From a virus (Duplodnaviria > Caudoviricetes): DNA of 39,881 bases. The translations under genes were made by a program, and so were the position numbers. Below, piece after piece: positions 17,014 through 27,300 of the stretch; positions within the stretch are counted from its first letter, which is position 1, and every line of letters starts with the position of its first letter. The stretch is from positions 1-39,881 of the IMG/VR virus record IMGVR_UViG_3300043448_000119; one strand, written 5' to 3'. The notes below the pieces were generated by a model. The model saw only the letters and a list, made by a program, of their open reading frames with translations, did not search any database and was not told the DNA's origin.

Positions 17014-20000
17014 TTATTTAGCGGACATATAAGTGAAACTTAGATTCATAAACGCTGAATTTGTAAGAGAAGTATGGGTTAGTGGGATCCATCTTCCTGT
17101 TAGCAAGTTGGTGTATCCTAGTCTTATGATGTTTGAAGATTGTGGAATAACAGCCATTGCTGGTCCAAATTGTTCTGTTGATTCATCAAAATTAAATCCA
17201 AAAGATTGCTGAGTAACACCATATGATTGATACGGTAGACCAATAATAGTCAACTCACCAAGAGAAGTTCCAAATTGAATTAAACGAATTTGGATATTTA
17301 CTGTAACAATTCTTCCAGTTTTAACATATTGACCAATATTATTTAGGTAGATTAACCCAACAGAATTTCCACCAATTCTTAATTGTGGAGTAAACGAACC
17401 AACTTCTTCATTTACGTTTCTACTTACTGTACTAAAACCAAGATGTTGAATAGTAACTTTTTCCCCAGTAGATCTTGGTGTAACAAACTCGATAGAATCC
17501 GAGCTACCAAGAACAGCAACAGCTGTCGCTGCGACTAGAGGAACATCTCCAGACTGCGGTGTTACCACGACAGTTGGGGTATTTTCGTAACCTGAACCCT
17601 GATTCGTTACTGCTATACTTGCAACCCCATATCCCAGTCTTGCAGTAGCAGTTGCTCCGCTACCGCCACCACCAGAGAATGATACTGATGGAATGCTTGT
17701 GTAAGAAGATCCAGGACTAATAACTGTAACAGCAACAACCGATCTAGCAAGTGTTACTGTTGCAGTTGCTGTTGTTGTATTAGTGTCGCCAACTTGTGGT
17801 GTAATTGTAACTTGAGTGCTTAAATTATATCCAGAACCTGCGGTGTTAACTCCAATGCTTGCGATTCCATACCCAAGAACAGCAGTAGCAGCAGCGCCAG
17901 AACCATCACCAGTAAATGAAACTGTTGGGGCAGAAGTATATCCTGAACCTCCAGAAAGAACAGTTAGATTCTTAATAGAACCTGTTGATGCTAGGTTTGC
18001 TGTAGCAGTTACGCCAGTTCCTGACCCACCAGAGAAAGAAACAGTAGGAGCAGCAGTATATCCAGATCCGCCAGCGGTGATTGTGATAGAAGCAACAGCA
18101 AAACCTAGCACAGCAGTAGCAGCTGCGCCAGAACCATCTCCAGTAAATGAAACTGTTGGAGCAGAAGTATAACCAGAACCATTATTGGTAATTGTTAATG
18201 ATGCTACAGCAAAACCTAGTACAGCAGTAGCAGCTGCCCCCGATCCACTTCCCGTAAATGAAATTGTTGGCGCTGAAGTATAACCAGAACCACCAGCAGT
18301 AATTGTAATTGAAGCAACAGCAAAACCTAGTGTTGATGTAGCAACTGCACTTGTCGTTGCTGCTTGTGCGCCAGTGTCAGTAATGACAACTGTAGGCGCT
18401 GAAGTATATCCAGATCCGCCAGAAGTAACATTTAAACTCGCAAGGGTATAACCAAGAACCGCTGTTGCAGAAGCACCATTACCGTCACCAGTAATTGTAA
18501 TTGTTGGAGCTGACGTGTAACCAGTGCCATTATTTGAAAGTGAAATAGAAGCAATAGCATAACCAATTACTGCATCTGCAGTAGCTGGGTTTGTAATCGT
18601 GTCGCCTGGATCAGCAGTAATAACAACAGTTGCTGTGGTGTAACCAGAACCAGCATTAGTGACTGTAATTCCTGTAATTGTTCCACCAGAAACTGTTGCA
18701 GTAGCAGTAGCACCAGAACCATCACCGCCAAATGTAATTGTTGGGGCAACAGTATAACCAGCGCCACCGTTGGTAATATTTACTTGTTTAATTCCACCTG
18801 TTGATGCTAGAGTCGCAGTAGCAACTGCGCCAGAACCACCACCCCCAGAGAAAGAAACAGTAGGAGCATTTTGATAGTTAGATCCACCGTTGTTTAACGC
18901 AATTCTTTTTACGTTAGCAGTAGCAGATAATGTTGCGGTAGCAGTAGCACCAATACCAGAACCACCACTGAAAGAGATAGTAGGGGTAGCTTCGTAACCT
19001 GCTCCAACATTACTAAGAGTTAATGATTTAATTACACCACTAGAAGCAAGAACAGCATCTGCAGTAGCGCCACTACCGTTACCGCCAGTAAATGTTACAG
19101 CAGGTGCTTCTTCGTACAATGTCCCACCTGAAGTAACAGAAGCAGAAACAACGCTACCTGATGTTGCTAAAGTTGCAGTAGCAGCAGCATCGTTTCCATC
19201 ACCAGTAAATGAGACTGTTGGTGCTGTAGTATAACCAGAACCACCATTGCTTAGTGTTAAAGTTTTAAGAGCACCAGCAGTAGCTAGTGTTGATGTTGCG
19301 GTTGCTCCAGTTCCATTACCACCAGTAAGGGTAACTGTAGGTGCTGATGTATAACCAGAACCACCATTATCAACTGTTGCAGTATTAACTGCAAATCCTA
19401 AAACTGCAACTGCGGCTGCGCCAGTTCCGTCACCACCTGTAAAATCTACGGTGGGGGCGCTGCTATATCCAGAACCAGCATTGTCTAGAGTTAGAGATTT
19501 TAAAGAACCAGTTGTTGTTAGAGTTGCTGTTGCTGTTGCGCTTGATCCACCACCACCTGTAAAAGTAATAGATGGTGCTGAAGTGTAGTTTGCTCCTGGA
19601 TTTGTTACAGTAACAGAAGCAATTTTACCAGTAGATGCTAGAGAAGCCTCAGCTACTGCTCCCTCTCCAGCACCACCTGAGAAAGAAACTGATGGTGGTG
19701 TTGTGTAATCATCCCCACCATTATTTACGGTTACACCCTTAACAATACCAGTTGTTCCTAGAGTTGCTACTGCTGTTGCTCCAGAACCATCACCAGTGAA
19801 GGAAATTGATGGAGTCTGCTCGTAACCTGTTCCGTTATTTGTTATAGAAACAAGTTTTACAGATCCAGTAGTCGCTAGTGTAAAATCTTCAACAGGAGTT
19901 TGAACTTGCCCATCAACAGAAACCAAAAGTGTATTGATGTAATTTTCTGGTTGCGACAAAGAAAAAGAAACTTGATTATTAGTTGCGGTATACTTATCAA

Positions 20001-20565
20001 TAACAAAATTTCTTAGATTCTCTGATAGAGTCTCTGGTGTCACAGATCCAGCTGCAGGAACTAGATTATAAGTTGCGCCACCATTGTTTATTGCATAAAT
20101 TACTGCGCCAACATCTGGAACGCTAGTAAACTGCAAACCATAGTCGTATAATTCTTGGATCTCTGATACTAAACCAGAAGCAAGAAGAATAGCATTTTGA
20201 GATTCTACTCTAATGCTACTTGCTTGGAAATCAGCAGAAGATGTTTGAAGAACATCAACATAACCGCTGTTCTGAACGTAGTTAATGACAATACCAGAAG
20301 CAGCAGTTGCTGATTGGTTAATTGTTCTGTTAACTTCAAAATCATTAATCTGACCAGTTAGTCTTAAACGCTTTAATGTGACAACTTTATACGCATCATC
20401 AGGTTGCTGTGGTACGTTCTCTACAAAAACTGTTAGATTACCTGGGTATCCACCTGGAACTGGATTGGATAGCAAAAATGTTTGCTGTACGCCATCTCCC
20501 CTAAATTCGTCTTTAGGTCTTGTTCCAGTAGAAACGTCAGCTACTGTATTTCCGATATATGCCAT
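17014..20565 (-). CDS. Repeat-rich virion/fibre protein (1183 aa) with 20 GxGY..AP repeats
   Basis: MAYIGN start; two interrupted small beta-sandwich domains; a ~789-aa block of ~39-aa repeats; C-terminal EVGSFTPQL...GQYVKTGRIVTVNIQI...IIGLPY receptor-binding-like head. TAATG overlap with the upstream gene. Confidence 0.85.
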   Translation of the reverse strand: MAYIGNTVADVSTGTRPKDEFRGDGVQQTFLLSNPVPGGYPGNLTVFVENVPQQPDDAYKVVTLKRLRLTGQINDFEVNRTINQSATAASGIVINYVQNSGYVDVLQTSSADFQASSIRVESQNAILLASGLVSEIQELYDYGLQFTSVPDVGAVIYAINNGGATYNLVPAAGSVTPETLSENLRNFVIDKYTATNNQVSFSLSQPENYINTLLVSVDGQVQTPVEDFTLATTGSVKLVSITNNGTGYEQTPSISFTGDGSGATAVATLGTTGIVKGVTVNNGGDDYTTPPSVSFSGGAGEGAVAEASLASTGKIASVTVTNPGANYTSAPSITFTGGGGSSATATATLTTTGSLKSLTLDNAGSGYSSAPTVDFTGGDGTGAAAVAVLGFAVNTATVDNGGSGYTSAPTVTLTGGNGTGATATSTLATAGALKTLTLSNGGSGYTTAPTVSFTGDGNDAAATATLATSGSVVSASVTSGGTLYEEAPAVTFTGGNGSGATADAVLASSGVIKSLTLSNVGAGYEATPTISFSGGSGIGATATATLSATANVKRIALNNGGSNYQNAPTVSFSGGGGSGAVATATLASTGGIKQVNITNGGAGYTVAPTITFGGDGSGATATATVSGGTITGITVTNAGSGYTTATVVITADPGDTITNPATADAVIGYAIASISLSNNGTGYTSAPTITITGDGNGASATAVLGYTLASLNVTSGGSGYTSAPTVVITDTGAQAATTSAVATSTLGFAVASITITAGGSGYTSAPTISFTGSGSGAAATAVLGFAVASLTITNNGSGYTSAPTVSFTGDGSGAAATAVLGFAVASITITAGGSGYTAAPTVSFSGGSGTGVTATANLASTGSIKNLTVLSGGSGYTSAPTVSFTGDGSGAAATAVLGYGIASIGVNTAGSGYNLSTQVTITPQVGDTNTTTATATVTLARSVVAVTVISPGSSYTSIPSVSFSGGGGSGATATARLGYGVASIAVTNQGSGYENTPTVVVTPQSGDVPLVAATAVAVLGSSDSIEFVTPRSTGEKVTIQHLGFSTVSRNVNEEVGSFTPQLRIGGNSVGLIYLNNIGQYVKTGRIVTVNIQIRLIQFGTSLGELTIIGLPYQSYGVTQQSFGFNFDESTEQFGPAMAVIPQSSNIIRLGYTNLLTGRWIPLTHTSLTNSAFMNLSFTYMSAK
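17015..17021 (-). promoter_or_regulatory. T4-type late promoter core CTAAATA
   Basis: Plus-strand tatttag at 17015-17021 overlaps the end of the 1183-aa gene, about 22 nt upstream of the ATG at 16993. Confidence 0.55.
17509..19875 (-). repeat. Array of 20 degenerate ~39-aa repeats (h..h.h.NxGxGYTxAPTVxFxGxGxGAxAxAxL)
   Basis: Counted directly in the translation from LATTGSVK to VAVLGSSD; 2367 nt / 20 is about 118 nt per unit. Confidence 0.9.
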
Positions 20566-20888
20566 TATACATCCTCTAGGATTGATGCGATCGCGTCGAT
20601 AGAAGATGCTACACTAGATTTAATTTTTAAAGCATCTCCAGCTTCAAGAACGATCTTTTGCCCTGAAATAACCTGCAGTGATCCACCAACTGGAACTGGA
20701 GCAGCCTTAACAACATAATAATCTAAAGCAGATTTTGTGATATAAACATCACAAGTTACTGCTCCATTTGTTGTGTTACAAATGTCAAGTTCAATGATAA
20801 TAGACTTTAGCCCAGTAGGAACAGTATAAACTGTTTCGGCTGATGATCCTACATTTCTTCTTAGTTCGTTTTTAAATACGTTTGCCAT
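20565..20888 (-). CDS. Conserved small virion protein (107 aa), predicted beta-sandwich
   Basis: MANVFKN...TVYTVP...IIIELDICN...VKAAPVPVGGSLQVI..QKIVLEAGDALKI...DAIASILE, a pattern I recognise from marine/freshwater phage fibre modules; function unknown. Confidence 0.7.
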   Translation of the reverse strand: MANVFKNELRRNVGSSAETVYTVPTGLKSIIIELDICNTTNGAVTCDVYITKSALDYYVVKAAPVPVGGSLQVISGQKIVLEAGDALKIKSSVASSIDAIASILEDV

Positions 20889-20894
20889 GTTTAA

Positions 20895-21113
20895 TTATCC
20901 TAGAGCAAGTGTGATTGCGATTGAAAACTGACGACCAGAATTAACAGCAGCTACTAGGCTTTCTTGAGGATCCAGAAGCGTATTTAGATCGCCGATCTTA
21001 ACCTCTTGATTATTCGTTCTCTCAATCGTTTCGTTTGTCTTAACACGCCACTGATCAAAGTTATCAGTTTGCGGTACGGTAGGGATTGGAGTAGACTGAT
21101 ATGGTAGAGCCAT
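20895..21113 (-). CDS. Small fibre anchor/adaptor (72 aa) ending in IAITLALG
   Basis: DNFDQWRVKTN N-terminal motif, IGDLNTL...SLVAAVN coiled-coil motif and C-terminal IAITLALG; TAATG overlap with the upstream gene. Confidence 0.7.
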   Translation of the reverse strand: MALPYQSTPIPTVPQTDNFDQWRVKTNETIERTNNQEVKIGDLNTLLDPQESLVAAVNSGRQFSIAITLALG

Positions 21114-21364
21114 TATTCTTTCCTATCTATGAGAATTTGTAACATCTGTTTGATACTGTCAACATCATTCTTAAGATTATTTATTTCGGAATTTAAAGAA
21201 GAAATTGAAATAGACATAGCCTGTTTTTCCATTTCATTCTTTCGCGAAATCGCCATTATCTTTTTGTGTTCAAGATATCTTTTAGTATCAATGTTGACAA
21301 CCGACCCAGTTCTTAAATCTTTAACTAGGTCGGGTCTTTTGTCAATTTTAGCAAGTTTTTCCAT
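21113..21364 (-). CDS. Conserved coiled-coil hypothetical protein (83 aa) following the VrlC-like gene
   Basis: LVKDLRTGSVVNID followed by heptad-like INNLKNDVDSIKQMLQILI; TAATG overlaps on both sides. Confidence 0.7.
   Translation of the reverse strand: MEKLAKIDKRPDLVKDLRTGSVVNIDTKRYLEHKKIMAISRKNEMEKQAMSISISSLNSEINNLKNDVDSIKQMLQILIDRKE
21178..21184 (-). promoter_or_regulatory. Possible gene-internal late promoter ATAAATA
   Basis: tatttat inside the 83-aa gene, about 65 nt upstream of the 72-aa gene start; could be chance in AT-rich DNA. Confidence 0.35.
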
Positions 21365-24300
21365 TATGAGTGAGAAATTAGTCTTAGTTTCTTAATACGA
21401 GGAACTTTACTTGGGTCAGTTGATTTCATAACAATCTTAATAATTGCATTTGTGAACGGAGTAATATCCAAAACATCAATGGTTTGTTCAGAGAAAACGT
21501 CTAGAGCATCGTTAGATGCTGTTGTAAACCCAGTATCAATATAATTTAGGGTTGTTGGATCAGTCCCTGTTGTCCAAGTCTTATAGTAAACTCTTAGATC
21601 AGTAAACTGAGGAATATTACTCTCAAACAAAATCTTCAACGAGTCTGCTGGATTAGAAATAACCAGAGGACGTGTTATATAGTTTGCGTAGTTTGATGTT
21701 CCAGTAGGTGCCCAGTCTTCAACAAACTTATCTAACTGATCAATCTTCCAACTTGGAGTATTCTTTCTGATGTAGTATTCAGTAGAAGAAGTAATTGATG
21801 ATGTTGGGTTTGTTGTTAGAGTAATAGAAGTATCACTATTAACAGTAGAAACTGTTCCGATGGTAATACCTGTCTCACCATCTGTTCTTGCGTTTCCACC
21901 AAAACTTTGTTCAGTTAGGACATCACCAGCTGCAACTTGAGTTAAGAAAGTAGTTCCTGAACCAGTAACTGCTGTCGCTGCGCTACTTGTTGCAGTAATA
22001 AATCCTGAACCCTTAAAGTATAGGTAATCATTTATCATATCAATAGTTGCAGATGTAACGCCAGCTGGGAAAGTAAACGCTGGAGAAACTGTAATTGTAA
22101 TAACATCATCTTCAGCGTTACCTACATTAACAGTAGTGTCGCTTGATGTTACAACAGTTTCGACTAGATACTTTCCGTTGATACCAGCGATCATACCTGA
22201 TAGGTAGATATACTTACCTTGCTTAGCGAGAGATAGTAGGTTATCTGCAGTATCAATATTAGTTGAGATAATACCCTTAGTTCCAGAGTTAGAGAATGAA
22301 AGTTTAGCCTCTGGTGTACCGATAGTAAATGATGTTGCTGGATCTGTTGCAACATTAACTGTCGATGCTGTTGCTAGAGATTCTAACTCAAGCAAAGTGT
22401 TTCCAAGACTATAACCATTAGCAGTTCCAGAAACTTGAGCTACCTTACCAATTAGTTGGTTCTGTGTATTATACAACAGTGTTCCAACTGGAGTTTCTGT
22501 AGTGAACTGAGTTCCGATACCAAACACATATTTACTTCTAACTAGGAACTGGTCTCCAGCATTAGTTGTTGGAGATGTTGTGTTAATTTTTATAGAACCT
22601 GGATTAACTTCTGTGACTGCACCAATTAAAACTGGAGTTGCAGCCGTTGTATAGATCTCGTCGCCAACTCTTAGTCGTTTCCATGGCGCACCAGTTTGTG
22701 AAGTTCCAGAACCGTCAAACAAGTAAGCAGTTCCAGTAATTGTATATGTTCTAATTCCACCTGATGAAGTTGCAGCAGGTAATGTTAGGTTTGCGCCAAA
22801 CATATTAGTATAGTGGAAAGCACCAATTGTTCCTGTTGCTGGTTCTGCATCAATATCAGCTGCAGTTACATCATTTGCTTTCAATAGAGATCTATTATCA
22901 ACACCAATCACATTAGTAGTTGACTCTGTTGGGCTGTTGATTAGATTTCTAACTGCGAATATTGATAGTCTGCCCAAATCAATGATTGGAGATACATTAA
23001 CATTCGTTGATGACATCTTTGCTCTTAAGGAAACAGATGGGCGAACTAATCCTGTTGCAGTTGAAAGAATATCCTCGTTTTCATATGATCTAATGATCTT
23101 TCTTGAATTGAATGAGAAGTTTGTGTTTTCAGTAATAGACTGGTAACCACTTGGCGTGCCATCTGTATCAATTGCTTGTGTTTCAAACTTCATTTCAGTA
23201 TCAGCTGGAACTACGTTATCGCTCTTCAAGAATAGATAATCAACGATTAATTGTCTTGAGCACTTAATACCTGTACCGCCATAATCACCCTTAACAAATT
23301 GATCTAGAATTTGTTGGACAGTAGTTTCTGTTCCAGCTTCGCCAGTGATTAGAATATTTGGCTCAGATTCTCCTGTTGTTGGATTAATATATTCGTCTTG
23401 AGTTTGCAGCCTAAAGCAGAAAGAATCAAGATCAATACCTTCTTCCATAACAATCTGCCCACCATTTAGTAGACTTGCTGGAATACCAAAGGATTGTGAT
23501 TTAGTGCCGTAGTATCTTGTTTCTTCGAGTGTGTCTGCAATATATTCAGCAACACCATCAATCATTACAATATCACCAGGTCCAAATCCGTGACGTGGAG
23601 CTTTTACTCTAATGATATCTGATCCTGGAGTAATTTCAAATGGGTTATCTCTAAGATTCATCAACTTAGGTGGTAATGCTTTTAGTTCAACCTGAGCTGT
23701 TTGACTTATATCAAACTCAGCTTGATACATTCTAAACTTCATATCAAATAGTGGGTTAATCTCAAACTCTTTACTGTTCTGAGACAAATATAGAGAACCA
23801 GTCAATGGCTGATTGGTTACTACGTTACCTGTTAGAATATCTGTTTTTCCTAGTTCAGAAATAAAGACTTGACATCCAGGCTCGTCTGTTTTAACGATAA
23901 GAGCATAGTTCTCATTGTCAACCAAATAGATAGGTGATCTAAACTTAAAGTTTGTTGCAACGCTGCCACTATCAGAAACATTAATCTCTGATGGATTCTT
24001 TGTAACTTCTGAGAATGGAAGAACCTTAGTTGAAGGAACGCCATTATCAGTTGTTCTAATTTCAACAGTGACTGGTCTGTTACCTGCTTCAGAGAAGTAT
24101 AAATCAACTGAGGTAACAAACATACCACCAACAGATTGAACGACAAAAGTTTGAGCTAATGGGTCGTGACCACGTCTAACCTGTAAAACACGTTGAGACG
24201 TTGTAACTCGACGAACTGGGATAGACTCATAAACACGGTCTCTAACGAAGTTCGCTTGACGACTATTAACAACTGTTCTTTCTTTAGAGAGAGTAACGCC

Positions 24301-27300
24301 TGTTGAATAATAAGTTGCCTCACCTTTAGAATCAAAATCAGCGTTACTATTAGAAATATTGTCTGTAAGTTTAAATGCACGCTCACCAGTTCTAAATCTG
24401 ATTGTATCAGTATTAGGTAAGTTGAACACACCAGAGCATGCTCCAGTAGTATCTGTTCTAATAGCGTCGCCAAGTTTCTTCATAACTGGAACGGAACCAG
24501 CTGTAGTGTTTCCATTAATTCCAGTAACTGTAACTTGGTTTCTTGCTGAGTTAGCGAAAACAAGAGCACCTGTTAGGTTTTCACCAATAGCAAATCCATT
24601 CTTAATGTTTGCTACATGAATGTCTTGAACAATTGGACCATTAGAATCTGTAGAAGAAGCAACACCAGCATAGATAACAACACTAGTAGCTTGCAATCTT
24701 CTGATGTAACCACCATCAGCGCCAACATAAGCAGCTGCTCTATCATAAGTGCTGAAAGGTCTAATTCTTGAACCATCTAATGATGTTAGAGTAATTGTTG
24801 TTCCGCTAATCGCTGCAATCTTAAATACTCTGTTGTTAATTTCTCTAGAAGTCCCAACATTATATGTTCTAATAGTTGTTTGGTTGTTAATTCTTTCAGT
24901 AACAGTCCTTGTTAGGCTGAAGAGTCTTGATGGACCAAGATTATACAACTGAACATGGTGTCCAACTCTCAACCCTGTTACATTATTAACAGTAAGAGTA
25001 AACTGAGTTGAACCTTCTGGGTCAGTAATGTTGTTGATGGTTTGAATAACGACTGGAGTGTGAACATCATTACTCAGAATATCTCCAATCTGAAATGCTG
25101 GTTGAGCCTGACCTTGATATGTTCTTGCAACATCAGTAGCAACTACTCTGTCTTTGATATCTTCAGTGTCAAACCTCATGAATGTTGCGCCAGTAATTCT
25201 TGTTACTGTAAAGATGTCTGAAGGTTGACAGTAAGAAGAGACTGCTTCATTATCAAAGAATGAATAGAATTTTGTGCTTGGCTTTAAGTTCTTAGCAACA
25301 AACACAATAGGTCTAGCACGCATATACTCAGCGAAAGAAATATCAACAACTCTATCGCCATAATCTTGCTGGTTAACTGTGCTTGTTAGAGATGTTCTAA
25401 TACCATCTCTAGATTGAATGCCAGTGTCAACAGTTGTTACATTTTGTAACTGAGTTCTACCAGACCAGAATGCTGGACCAGCTTCACTGCTACTTCCTGT
25501 CCAAGTAGTTTGATATGCATTCCACTGAGTTCCTGTAACTCCAAGAGCTTCTGCCATAAAACGGATAGCATCAAAGTTATTATCATCTTGAACAAGTAGA
25601 TCTGGTCTACGATCAGTATCTTTCCAGTTATCGCCTTCTGGGTTTAGAGAAACTTCGCCTTTAAACGCACCAATCTTATATGGGTTTACATCAATTGTTC
25701 TTGTGCCATATGGATTAAAAATCGATAGTTGCTCTGTATATGGAAGAGTAATAATATCGCCTTCTTTTCTATAAGAAGATGCAAATCTTTGATCTGATGA
25801 AATAATATCTTCAACGATATCTACAGCATCAGTAAAGTGCATTGGACGAAGTTCTTGTTTCTGCGGGTCAACAGCAATTCTGTAGTCAATATTAACTACA
25901 TCACCAATTCCGTGACCAGTAAACTGATCAACGATAAATCCATTCTTGAAACGATCAAGACCAGTTACATTATCTTTGATTGATAACGATTCTGTTTCAG
26001 TTTCTAATAATGTTAGTGAAACGTAATATTCTAGATTTTGAATTCTTCTCTCAAGAGCAGCAATATCTTTCATAGTATAACGACGGTTGTCTCTCTGGAA
26101 AACACGAACGTCATTAGCATTCTTAGTATATGCTGGAATGTATAGAGATGCTAGAACCATTCCCTCAATTGGGTCTCTTGGCTCAACTGGATCTCTTGCT
26201 GGTGTTCCAGTAATAACTACGAAGCGACCAACTGAGTCTAGTACAAGTTTGTCCCATCTTGGTAGATAATAAGCTAGACTTGTGTTGAACCCCTCACCAA
26301 TTTTTGGCAGTTCTGGAGTAAATCCGTTAGATCCAGAAATGACTGGGCGATAGTCAATAACATCATGTAGGTAAACTGTCTCAGTTACACCATTAATATT
26401 TTTAACTGGGAATGAAGGGATATCTTCATAACCAAAGTCATTATCAGTATTAGCAATTGCTGCTGTATATGAGTCTACTGAAAAATAGTTACCAGTACCA
26501 GTATGGTTAAAATAATCATAAGTAATTTTAATTGCACCTGCTGGTGGTGCAGTGCTTGGCTTTAGTGTTACAGTAGCTTGTTGATAATGAGTAGGTCTTT
26601 GACCGTCATCAAACACATATTTTTCTAAAACGCTTACAGAGTTACCCTCAACGTAAGTATCATAATTGCCTGGATTAACTCTAATATCTTTAATCCTTAA
26701 CACATCAGCATGCGTTAATGTGATTGTCAATTCACTAACATTCTTTCTTCCAGTAATAATCTGACTTTGATTTGTTACAAGAGTTTTAGTTTTCTCACCT
26801 GCTGTAGCGCCAGTTTGCAAAATACTAGTAATAAGTTTGTATTCTCTGCCAGAAGTTAATGTTGGTGAAATTCCACTAATGGTGACAAGTTTCTGCGCAG
26901 CATCTAAAGAGATATTAGAAGATGTTAACGGAACAATTACATTAGTTGTTGAGTCAATTAGAGTATAGTTCTCTAAGTCTTGTGTTGATTGGAAGAATTC
27001 TGTTGGCGATGCAAGAGTAAACGCCCAAACAACATCAGACCCCTCAGTAGCAGCAGTAGCAGATATAATTCTTCTTACTGTATGCTGACTTGATTTAACT
27101 GTGTCATTTCCAGATTCATCTTGACCCCTTAGTGTTTTCAAAGTGTCAAATGCTGATTTAAATACAAGAGCATTATATTTTTGTTCTTGAATCACTGAGC
27201 GAGCAACTCCAACTACACCACTTCTTGCTCCAGATGCGCCAACAGAGTTTGTTAGAGTGATCGATGTATTACTTCCTACTGCTGAAACAACACCAACTTG

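Noticed and set aside
17509-19875. Regularly spaced DNA repeats resembling a CRISPR array
   Set aside because: The repeats are degenerate, in frame and protein-coding; there are no identical repeats with unique spacers and no cas genes.
20886-20897. 72-aa and 107-aa genes are in frame (TAA TTA AAC ATG), so stop readthrough is conceivable
   Set aside because: TAA is a strong stop, an AGGA RBS precedes the ATG, and the analogous 75-aa/3464-aa pair is out of frame.
16766-21113. Hydrophobic C-termini (IALAVALA, IAITLALG) as membrane anchors or holins
   Set aside because: Only about 8 hydrophobic residues are present, too short for a transmembrane helix, and the rest of each protein has fibre motifs.
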